This document shows, one piece after another, positions 38,572 through 46,972 of a stretch of 64,000 nucleotides of DNA. Every line of letters begins with the position of its first letter. Within the stretch, counting starts at the first letter, position 1. A model generated the notes under the pieces. The model had not been told where the DNA came from. It did not search any database and saw only the letters and a list, made by a program, of their open reading frames with translations. Made by a program: the position numbers and the translations under genes. The stretch is taken from contig JAVZPM010000001.1 in assembly GCA_038881595.1 (NCBI GenBank), positions 160,001-224,000 on the forward strand, read 5' to 3'. This stretch comes from Candidatus Micrarchaeia archaeon. Its GTDB lineage: Archaea; Micrarchaeota; Micrarchaeia; CABMEP01.

Positions 38572-39936
38572 CTACATGCTCTCAAAATTCAGATATTCTT
38601 TCTTCTTCTTATTAGTTAAATTAGCGATTATAGAGATAGGAAACTGCATGATCATATTGTTGTATCTTACAACAGTGTTGTTGTAGAATTCTCTTGTAGA
38701 TGCTATCCTTTCTTCTGTATCAGTTATTTCTAACATTAGTTTATTGAAGTTTTCTGACGCTTTCAATTTAGGATAGTTTTCTATGTTTAAAATTATTGAA
38801 GTTTTTTGCAATCCTTCTTTAGGTGTATCTGAAAACACAGTATTAACTCTTGTTTGTGCAAGAAGTGTTTGCATCATATTTTCATATTCTTTGTATCCTT
38901 TTACTATGTTAACAAGATTAGGTATTAATTCAGATCTTCTTTTTAATTCTACATCAATAGTGCTTAATGCATTCTTGCATCTTTCTTCTAATTCGATTAT
39001 TCTATTGTATATAGTGAATGCAGCTGTTCCTATAATCATTCCATTTCCTATTATGAACGCTGGCCATAGTATTAAAGGATTTAAAATATTCAGAAGATTA
39101 AGAAAAGCAAGAAATAACGAATATCCGATTGCAATCAGGATATGAGAGAAAAGTATAATCGGTTCTCCTTTTCTGAATTCATTAAGATATTCTTCCTTGC
39201 TTTTTAAGCTTACTATCAAAGGCCAGTCCTTGTCTTCTTTTAGAACCAGTTCTCCATCTTTGTGTACCATTCCTACAACATATACCTTACTTCCTGGAGT
39301 TAATACAAATTCAGATATTCTTATTTTTTTTCTCATTATAAGAGGAATAGCTCCTTCCTGTACTAATTCTTTCCGCAAAACTGTGAATGTACCATCCACT
39401 TCGCTATATACTTGTTTTTCATTTTTCATAAAATTCAAAAAGCCAGGAAGAGGATAGGAGCTGTTATCTCTATCTACTCCATTTAAATCTATTCTTATCT
39501 TATTTCCTCTTCTGTCTTTTAAATAAAAAGGAACAAAGTCCATTTTATTTTCTTTAATTTCCCAACTATAACTTTTTCCACGCTTAACATATTCTTCTAC
39601 AATATAATGGTAATATACGCAAGGAGTATTGGTATTAGGAGAATTAATCGTTTTTTCACTTTCTATTATTCCTTCTCCAGAAAAAGGAACGGAATCGGTT
39701 GCTTCATTAGCATCAAGTAAAGGAAGTCTTTCTATCTTAAAAATTAAATCATCCATCTTTTTGTAAAGATTTCTGAAATAAAGAGTGGGAATTACGAAAA
39801 GAAAAGATAAAATAAGACACTTATAAGCGATATCAGAGATAGTAAGAAATCCTTCCTTGCCCATATTATGAATTACAACGAGTATGGATAAAACCACTAT
39901 AAATCCCAAGTAGTGAGAGAAATTAATTCTTTCCAT
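38572..39936 (-). CDS. Membrane protein: GIDE-like domain fused to LemA
   Basis: SP.T.TPCVYY.Y.VEE, PFYLKD and E.VL.PG.KVYVVG (GIDE-like); C-terminal IDVELKRR.ELIPNLV..VKGY, ENYPKLKASENF and YNNTV..YN (LemA). Confidence 0.82.
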   Translation of the reverse strand: MERINFSHYLGFIVVLSILVVIHNMGKEGFLTISDIAYKCLILSFLFVIPTLYFRNLYKKMDDLIFKIERLPLLDANEATDSVPFSGEGIIESEKTINSPNTNTPCVYYHYIVEEYVKRGKSYSWEIKENKMDFVPFYLKDRRGNKIRIDLNGVDRDNSSYPLPGFLNFMKNEKQVYSEVDGTFTVLRKELVQEGAIPLIMRKKIRISEFVLTPGSKVYVVGMVHKDGELVLKEDKDWPLIVSLKSKEEYLNEFRKGEPIILFSHILIAIGYSLFLAFLNLLNILNPLILWPAFIIGNGMIIGTAAFTIYNRIIELEERCKNALSTIDVELKRRSELIPNLVNIVKGYKEYENMMQTLLAQTRVNTVFSDTPKEGLQKTSIILNIENYPKLKASENFNKLMLEITDTEERIASTREFYNNTVVRYNNMIMQFPISIIANLTNKKKKEYLNFESM

Positions 39937-39986
39937 TATTCCATTTACAGATATATATTAATAAATTTTCTTAGTAATTCTTATTT

Positions 39987-40433
39987 ATGAAACTAACAAA
40001 AGATCTTGCAGAACTGATTGGGTTCTGGAAGATGAGGAGAACCATTAAAGGTGTGGGAGTAATAGGCAATGTTTCAGTTCAGGAAAAATTTATTAAAAAA
40101 GTACTTGAACTTAAACTAGTTCCACCAGAAAAGATAGTTGCAAATGAAAAGGCTGCATGGTTTTCTCATATAAAGATTAAAAATTTCTTTGAAAAAACAG
40201 TAAAAAATCAGGCTGAGATTTTTGATAGAAAAAACAACATTACAGCTGCTTACTTGAGAGGAATGTATGAAAGCACAGGAGATGGAGATATAATAAAAAA
40301 CGCAACCTTTCAAGACCAACTATTAATTGAAAGATTAGGCTTCACAACAAAAAAGAAAGGAAAAGACATCTGGATAAGAGATATAGATAGGTTTAAGGAG
40401 TTTATTTACAATTTGCCAAAACATCAATCATAA
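39987..40433 (+). CDS. Hypothetical protein with degenerate LAGLIDADG-like helices
   Basis: DLAELIGFW and AAYLRGMYESTG patterns. Confidence 0.6.
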   Translation: MKLTKDLAELIGFWKMRRTIKGVGVIGNVSVQEKFIKKVLELKLVPPEKIVANEKAAWFSHIKIKNFFEKTVKNQAEIFDRKNNITAAYLRGMYESTGDGDIIKNATFQDQLLIERLGFTTKKKGKDIWIRDIDRFKEFIYNLPKHQS

Positions 40434-40444
40434 GAGGTATCAAA

Positions 40445-41572
40445 ATGAAATTAGTTATTATTCATCCATTTGTAAATGATCTCGGCGGAGCAACTTATGT
40501 AGTTGGAAGAATAGCAAAGCATTTTGATGCCAAGATATATTGCATTGATTATGATTTAAAGAAAACATTCAGTTTTTTTAATGATGTAGAAATAGAGAGA
40601 CTTCCATCACCTTCTTTTCTTAAGGCATTACCTCCAAGACTTTATATGGGGGTTGCTAGCGGGATTTCATTTTATTTTTCAAAGATCAAAGATTATGATG
40701 TTATAAATGCGCATGGAACTCCAAGCGAATGGATAAGAAACAATAATCCAAGAGTGGTATGGTATTGCCATTCTCCAAATAGAGAGGCATTTGACCTTTA
40801 TGAGTGGAGAATGAAACAAAGATCACTTTTACAAAAAATTCCTTTCTGGCTTTCAATTGAGGCATTTAAATCAATAGAATATTCAATAGTTCCAAGAATC
40901 GAATATATTTTTGCAAACAGTAAAAACACACAGGGAAGAATAAAGAAATATCTAAATAGAGAAGCAGAGATTCTTTATCCTGTTTTTGAACAAGGAAGGT
41001 TTGAAAATGAAAGCTATAAGAGTTATTTCTTGTATCCTTCAAGAATAATTCCTGAAAAGAGATTTGAATTTGCAATTCAGGCATTTAAATTATTCAAGAA
41101 AAAGATGAAAGGAAAAAAGAGATGGAAATTAATTATTTCTGGATTTCTAAGCGATAGACCAGAACATAGGGCTTATTATAACTATTTATTAAGCTTAAAA
41201 GATGAAGACATAGAATTCAAATTAAACGTTTCAGATAAAGAACTGAAAGAACTATATGGAAATGCATATGCGATACTATTTTCACCAATCAATGAGGACT
41301 TTGGCATGATTCCTTTGGAAGGTTTTATGGCTGAGAAGCCATGCATAGCAGTCAATGAAGGAGGGCCAAGGGAAACAGTCGATGATGGAAAGGACGGATT
41401 TCTTGTTAATACTCCTGAAGAGATGGCAGATAAAATGCTTTATCTTGCAGAAAGACCTGAACTTGTAGAAAGAATGGGAAAAGAAGGGAAGAAAAAATTG
41501 TCAGGAAAGTTCAGTGAAAAAAGATTTTTTGAAAGATTAAATAACATATTCAAAGAAATAGCAAGAAAGTGA
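40445..41572 (+). CDS. GT4 glycosyltransferase
   Basis: GGA, RIIPEKR, EDFGMIPLE and GGPRETV.DG motifs. Confidence 0.92.
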   Translation: MKLVIIHPFVNDLGGATYVVGRIAKHFDAKIYCIDYDLKKTFSFFNDVEIERLPSPSFLKALPPRLYMGVASGISFYFSKIKDYDVINAHGTPSEWIRNNNPRVVWYCHSPNREAFDLYEWRMKQRSLLQKIPFWLSIEAFKSIEYSIVPRIEYIFANSKNTQGRIKKYLNREAEILYPVFEQGRFENESYKSYFLYPSRIIPEKRFEFAIQAFKLFKKKMKGKKRWKLIISGFLSDRPEHRAYYNYLLSLKDEDIEFKLNVSDKELKELYGNAYAILFSPINEDFGMIPLEGFMAEKPCIAVNEGGPRETVDDGKDGFLVNTPEEMADKMLYLAERPELVERMGKEGKKKLSGKFSEKRFFERLNNIFKEIARK

Positions 41573-41576
41573 TTTT

Positions 41577-42722
41577 ATGGTTGAATATTCAAAAGAAGGA
41601 ATCAGGTTTGCCTTTCTTCCTCTATGGCTAAGATTTATTTTAAGAGATATGATTATTTATACAAACAGAATAAATCAATTATTTGCGAATCTGATAATAT
41701 GGCCTATAAAATTATTTGAAGCAAGAAAGCTAAAATCTGAAATAAAAGAGAAAAGAATTAGGAAAGTTCTTATAATAAGAAATGACAGAATAGGGGATGC
41801 TGTTTTGTCAATTAAAATTATAAATAAACTTAAAGAACATTTTAAAGACCTCTATGTTTTAGTTTCTTCTCAAAACTTTCAAATTCTAAAAGAAGAATTA
41901 AATTCAGAAATCAAACTAATAAAAGAAACTGAAATTCGAGAACATGAGCCATTTGATTTAGTGATTGATTTTAATGGTTCAATGGCAAATAATAAAATAA
42001 AGAGCAGATATAAAATTGGATTTAATAGAGGTATTTTTTCAATTTTTTATTCTAATTTTTATCCTAAAAATCTTACTGAATCGAAATTACAATATATCGA
42101 AGCAATGATGAAAATGATAAAATATTGTTTAGATCTGGATTTGAAAATAGATGATCTCCCACCAAAAGATTTCAAGAAGAAAAAGATGAACCAAATATTC
42201 ATTTTTGTAGGCAATAAGCCAAACAGAAATCTTCCATATGAAAAATGGAAAGAATTAATTCTTCTTTCAGCAAAAAAAGCAAAAACCATCGTAGCAGATG
42301 ATCCAGATCAAAGGATTATGAATCAACTTAAAAAAGACAAAGAAATAATTCAAAATAAAAATATACAACTTATTGTAGGTCCAAGAGAACTTAAAGATCT
42401 AGCTAAGATAGCAAATGATTCAAAACTTTTCATTGGATTAGATGGTGGTGCAGAGCATTACTTAGAAAAACATACAAATTCTTTGACGATTTACACTTGC
42501 GGTTTTCCGGTCAACTGGAAGCCCTTTTCATTAAATGCTTACGTGTCGATCGCTACAGACTCAAGTCAGATTTTAGAGGAGACTACCACCTCTGCAGGAA
42601 TTAAGAAGTATGTTCTTTACAATCTAGAAAAAAGGAAGCCCTGCTATGACCTGATTTGTGATCATGAAGAATTTAAGGATATAAAATTTGAATCCATAAT
42701 TAAAGCTAACTTATTTTTTTAA
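41577..42722 (+). CDS. GT9 (heptosyltransferase-like) glycosyltransferase
   Basis: LIIRNDRIGDAVL, R.LP...W..L and FIGLDGG..H motifs. Confidence 0.78.
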   Translation: MVEYSKEGIRFAFLPLWLRFILRDMIIYTNRINQLFANLIIWPIKLFEARKLKSEIKEKRIRKVLIIRNDRIGDAVLSIKIINKLKEHFKDLYVLVSSQNFQILKEELNSEIKLIKETEIREHEPFDLVIDFNGSMANNKIKSRYKIGFNRGIFSIFYSNFYPKNLTESKLQYIEAMMKMIKYCLDLDLKIDDLPPKDFKKKKMNQIFIFVGNKPNRNLPYEKWKELILLSAKKAKTIVADDPDQRIMNQLKKDKEIIQNKNIQLIVGPRELKDLAKIANDSKLFIGLDGGAEHYLEKHTNSLTIYTCGFPVNWKPFSLNAYVSIATDSSQILEETTTSAGIKKYVLYNLEKRKPCYDLICDHEEFKDIKFESIIKANLFF

Positions 42723-43835
42723 AATTTCTTCATAATAATCGAGCGTTTGTTTTGCGATTTTTTCCCAACTAAAATTTTTAGCTGTTTTTATTGAATTTAT
42801 ACCCATCTTTTTTATTTTCGTTTTATCGTGAATTAACTCAGTTAATAAATCTGCTATATTATCCGAATCTCTTTGAATTAAATAGCCATTATAATCATCT
42901 TTCATTAATTCATCAGATCCATTTACATTTGTCATTAAAATAGGCAATCCCGCAGCGGCAGCTTCTAACGTACTCCAATGAAAACGCTTCATATTCTGTA
43001 GGAAATACAAATATATCACTGGCTATTAAGTATTTTGGTATTTCAGATCCACTTATCCTACCTACAAATATAACTTTGGAATCAACACCTTTTCTTTTCG
43101 CGAAATTTATGTATTGTTTTGGATCATCGCCACCAATAACTAAAAATTTTATTCCGTTGTTCTTTATTTTTGATATCGCGTCTATTACGTATCTTACTCC
43201 TTTTCTACCGAATTCATTTGCTATATTAATTAATAGAATATCTGTAGATGAAACATTTAATTTCATTCTTATTTGTTCTCTTATTTCTTTTTTGTTTTTA
43301 AAAGCAAACTTTTCAATATCAACTCCATTAGGTATAACATTTATTCTTTCTTCAGGAATTCTATAATATTGGATAAGTTCGTTTTTTAATCCATTTGAGA
43401 CAGCTATAATGTTTTTATAAGTAGTATAAGCTCTTTTTTCATTTAAAAGAGTTATTCTATTTGCGGGATGTAAATTTTTTAAAAATGAGTAAAGTAAACC
43501 TCTTTCTTTACACAATCTATCTACCGCTGCAATATGGCAACTATGAGCAGTGCACACATTTCCATTAACTACCGCGCCCACTTGACTATGTATAATATCT
43601 AACTTGTACCTTTTGATTTGTTCTGCACTGGCAAATGGAAAAATTAATTCAAACAATTCCTTAGGTGATTTTATACAATCTATTTCATGTATATTACAAC
43701 TAAAATCAATATCATTTACAGTATTTGCAAATAAGTGAATTTCATTATTCTTAGAGAAGATTTTAGCTAAATTTAAAACATACCGTTCTATTCCACCAAG
43801 ATTATTTATTCTTCCATTTACAATGCTATCTTCAT
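42711..43835 (-). pseudogene. GT4 glycosyltransferase with two frameshifts (pseudogene or assembly error)
   Basis: MKIA(-1 nt)IVNGRINNLGGIERYV at ~43823; EAFSL(+1 nt)STLEAAAAGLP at ~42976; the pieces match ORFs 42913-43656 and 42711-43019. Confidence 0.82.
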
Positions 43836-43843
43836 AAAATTAC

Positions 43844-44932
43844 CTATGATTTTATTCTTTTATATAAATCTGCTAATCTCTTTGCAATTTGAACACTATT
43901 ATTTTTTTCCTCAACCCTAACTCTTCCGGCTTTACCGAATTCTTCTCTTTTTTTTTCAGATTGTATAAGTTCTTCAATGGCATTTTCTAGAGATTTCAAA
44001 TCACCTGGAGGTACAAGAATACCTGTTTTTCCATTTTCTACTACTTCAGGTATAGCTCCACTCAATGTAGAAACAACAGGTACTCCAGATGCCATCGCCT
44101 CTAAAAATACATAACCGAGCTGTTCCTGCCATAATTTTGTCGGAATGCTAGGTACACAAAAGATGTCTGTAGTGGAGTATACCGTAGAAATTTTTTCGTG
44201 AGGAACTGTACCTAGCAGTTTTACTCTTTCTTTTATCCCTAATCTTTCTACTATTCTTTCAATATCCCATTTTAGTGGTCCAGTTCCAGCTATTTGTAAT
44301 GTAATATTAGGATGTTTTTTTGCTAATTTGCTAAAGACATATAAAAGATCAAGTATTCCTTTTTCATATACTAGCCTTCCAACAAATGAAATAGTTATCT
44401 TGTCTTTTTCTTTCTTATCATTTTTAATTATATTGAATTGTTTTGTATCAATTCCAAATGGTATTACAACAATTTTATCTGGATCAGCTCCATCGATTTC
44501 TAATGCATTTTTGGCGCTTTTAGATACAGCAATTAGGCACGTAGCATTTTTAAACACTTTTTGTTTTATTTTCCATCTATAATCATTTATTATCGAATAT
44601 TTTGTTTTCTCACCACCCAAAGGTACATTTTCCCACACAGTTACAACTAAAGGTTTGTTCAAACTTAAGCATTGTTTGGTTATATTATACCAACTTTCTA
44701 CTGTATGTATAATGTCTAAATCTTCAGTTACTTTTTTTAAATTTAAAAGGTATTCAGTACTTTGAGTTATTTTAATACTGTTAATTTTTCGATCTTCAAA
44801 ACATTTATCTATTTTATATTTTATATCATTTGTCGTTATTGCGATGGGTTTTATTCCATATCTATTTATATATTTATAAGTTTGCATTTCTAATTTAAGT
44901 GATCCAGATCCAACTACAAACCCAACTTTCAT
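43844..44932 (-). CDS. GT4 glycosyltransferase
   Basis: FVGRLVYEKG, EQLGYVFLEAMASG.PVV and GAIPEVV motifs. Confidence 0.93.
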   Translation of the reverse strand: MKVGFVVGSGSLKLEMQTYKYINRYGIKPIAITTNDIKYKIDKCFEDRKINSIKITQSTEYLLNLKKVTEDLDIIHTVESWYNITKQCLSLNKPLVVTVWENVPLGGEKTKYSIINDYRWKIKQKVFKNATCLIAVSKSAKNALEIDGADPDKIVVIPFGIDTKQFNIIKNDKKEKDKITISFVGRLVYEKGILDLLYVFSKLAKKHPNITLQIAGTGPLKWDIERIVERLGIKERVKLLGTVPHEKISTVYSTTDIFCVPSIPTKLWQEQLGYVFLEAMASGVPVVSTLSGAIPEVVENGKTGILVPPGDLKSLENAIEELIQSEKKREEFGKAGRVRVEEKNNSVQIAKRLADLYKRIKS

Positions 44933-44951
44933 TATATCACTTAAAGATATT

Positions 44952-45851
44952 TTATATAAATACCAAATTATCACTATCTGTTTTTATAATTTTTTTAATT
45001 TTATTATAAGATATTTTCTTTTTTTCTCCGTTTTTATCGATTATATATGGGACATAACCTATTCTTAATAAACTATTAATCGCTTGTTTAGAATACTTCC
45101 ACCGCTCATTTCCACACACTTCCATTATTATTATAGGCTTATATTTTTTTAGAGTTTTTAACCCCCCTATAATAAATAATTTTTCTGAATCTTCTATGTC
45201 CAACTTTATTATAGTTGGAGGTGTATGTTCTTTTACATATTCATCTAAAGTAATCATATTTATTTTCTCGAATTTTTCTAATTTATCTAATTTTGCCCTA
45301 CCTTTAATTATAGTTGACCCACCTGTATTTATAGTATTTATAAATAATTTAACTTTACCTTTTCTATTTCCAAGTGCAAAATTATTCAAGAAAATTTTTT
45401 GTCGTTTAAAATTTATTTTTAAATATTTAAATATATGTCTTTGTGGTTCAAAAACATGAATTTCACTTTCTGGAAGTAAAAATGTCATTAATGCAGTATA
45501 TATTCCGTAATTTGCACCTACATCATAAAAAATATCATTTTCTTTTACATTTTTAATTAAAAATTTTACTATTTTTAAGTCGTCCCCTAGATAAGGAGTT
45601 AAAGATAAGGTAAGTGCAATGGGGTCTGAAGTTGGTAATTTAAGTTTCAAACCAAAAAAAAGTTTAGTTTCTATTTCTCTTTTAATGGGAAATCCCTTTT
45701 TTGCAAGGATGTAATATATATATCTCATTCTAAATATGAGTAACCTTGACATTTGTTTTAAAATTCCAGTTCCATAATATCTTTTATTTTTATTTTCATA
45801 TTTCATCAGTTTATTCCATGCGATTTCTTTTCTTTTTGTTAGATCAACCAT
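44952..45851 (-). CDS. FkbM-family methyltransferase
   Basis: FYDVGANYG, FEP, TLD and IKLDIE.SE motifs. Confidence 0.9.
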   Translation of the reverse strand: MVDLTKRKEIAWNKLMKYENKNKRYYGTGILKQMSRLLIFRMRYIYYILAKKGFPIKREIETKLFFGLKLKLPTSDPIALTLSLTPYLGDDLKIVKFLIKNVKENDIFYDVGANYGIYTALMTFLLPESEIHVFEPQRHIFKYLKINFKRQKIFLNNFALGNRKGKVKLFINTINTGGSTIIKGRAKLDKLEKFEKINMITLDEYVKEHTPPTIIKLDIEDSEKLFIIGGLKTLKKYKPIIIMEVCGNERWKYSKQAINSLLRIGYVPYIIDKNGEKKKISYNKIKKIIKTDSDNLVFI

Positions 45852-45864
45852 ATTCTCACTTTAT

Positions 45865-46911
45865 TTATTTAAAAAGTAAGTAGAAAATTTCATAAGGAGT
45901 TATATGTTTCATACATATATTATTATAACATTTTTTATATTTTTCATTTTTATAACATGGGCTACATTTCATTTTATTTTGTATAACTAGGTGTTTTTTT
46001 ATCGGTTGAGGTCCAAACTGTTTCGGATCAGTCGGTCCAAACAATGCGATTACCTTTGTAAATGCAGCACCGATGTGCATTGGGCCAGTATCTGTCGTAA
46101 CTAAATAGTCTAATTGTTTCATTAAGGCCATTGTTTCCTTAATTGTGAATTTACCACATACATTTATTGTATTTTTTGTCATCTTTCTTACTCCTTCACT
46201 TATTTCCCAATCGTTTTTGTCTCCGATAAGCAATATCTTAGTTTTCGGCTCCTTTTGATATATCTCATTTGCCAACTTAATCCAATTTGCAATAGGCCAA
46301 CGGCGATTTAAATGAAACCGTGAGTCACTCCCTCCACCAACTACAAATCCTACAATTTTATCTCCACTTCTGATGTTTTTTTCTCTAAGTTTTACATTTA
46401 TTATGTTTTCAAGTTCTTTTGGAAAGAATAACTCATATCTTATAACTCTAGGTTTCAATTTAACTCCAACTAATCTCATTAATTCAATGTATTTTTCAGA
46501 ATCATGTTTGTTTTTTATCTCTGAATAATGCAATACTTTAGTGTTAAGATAACCACCATTTAGATCAAACCCAATTCTTTCTTTTATTCCAGTTAAAAAA
46601 GCGAATAAATTCATTTTAAATGAAGTATGACAGTTTATAATTAGATCAAAATTTTCTTTTCGTATTTTCTTTAACAAATTCATAATCTTTATGTAATTTC
46701 TTTGCCCTTTTTTGAAATTTTCTGCAATAATAAATTTGTCAATATATGGATTATCTTCTATCACATCTTTGTATTCCTTTGCAACTAAAAGTGATATTTC
46801 GGCATTCGGATATGCTTTTCTAAGCAAGCTAATTGCTGGCGTTAACATAACTAAATCTCCGATTGCACCAAGCTTTAATATCAAAATTTTCTTGTACTTC
46901 ATATTTTTCAC
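45865..46911 (-). CDS. GT9 heptosyltransferase-like (WaaF-like) glycosyltransferase
   Basis: LGAIGDLVM.TP, RRWP, DTGPMH, ALFGPTDP and CSPC...CM motifs. Confidence 0.92.
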   Translation of the reverse strand: MKNMKYKKILILKLGAIGDLVMLTPAISLLRKAYPNAEISLLVAKEYKDVIEDNPYIDKFIIAENFKKGQRNYIKIMNLLKKIRKENFDLIINCHTSFKMNLFAFLTGIKERIGFDLNGGYLNTKVLHYSEIKNKHDSEKYIELMRLVGVKLKPRVIRYELFFPKELENIINVKLREKNIRSGDKIVGFVVGGGSDSRFHLNRRWPIANWIKLANEIYQKEPKTKILLIGDKNDWEISEGVRKMTKNTINVCGKFTIKETMALMKQLDYLVTTDTGPMHIGAAFTKVIALFGPTDPKQFGPQPIKKHLVIQNKMKCSPCYKNEKYKKCYNNICMKHITPYEIFYLLFK

Positions 46912-46972
46912 ATTTAATTAATATGTCTGTCAAATTTAAAAAATATTATTTATTTTAAAAACTTGGTAAATA

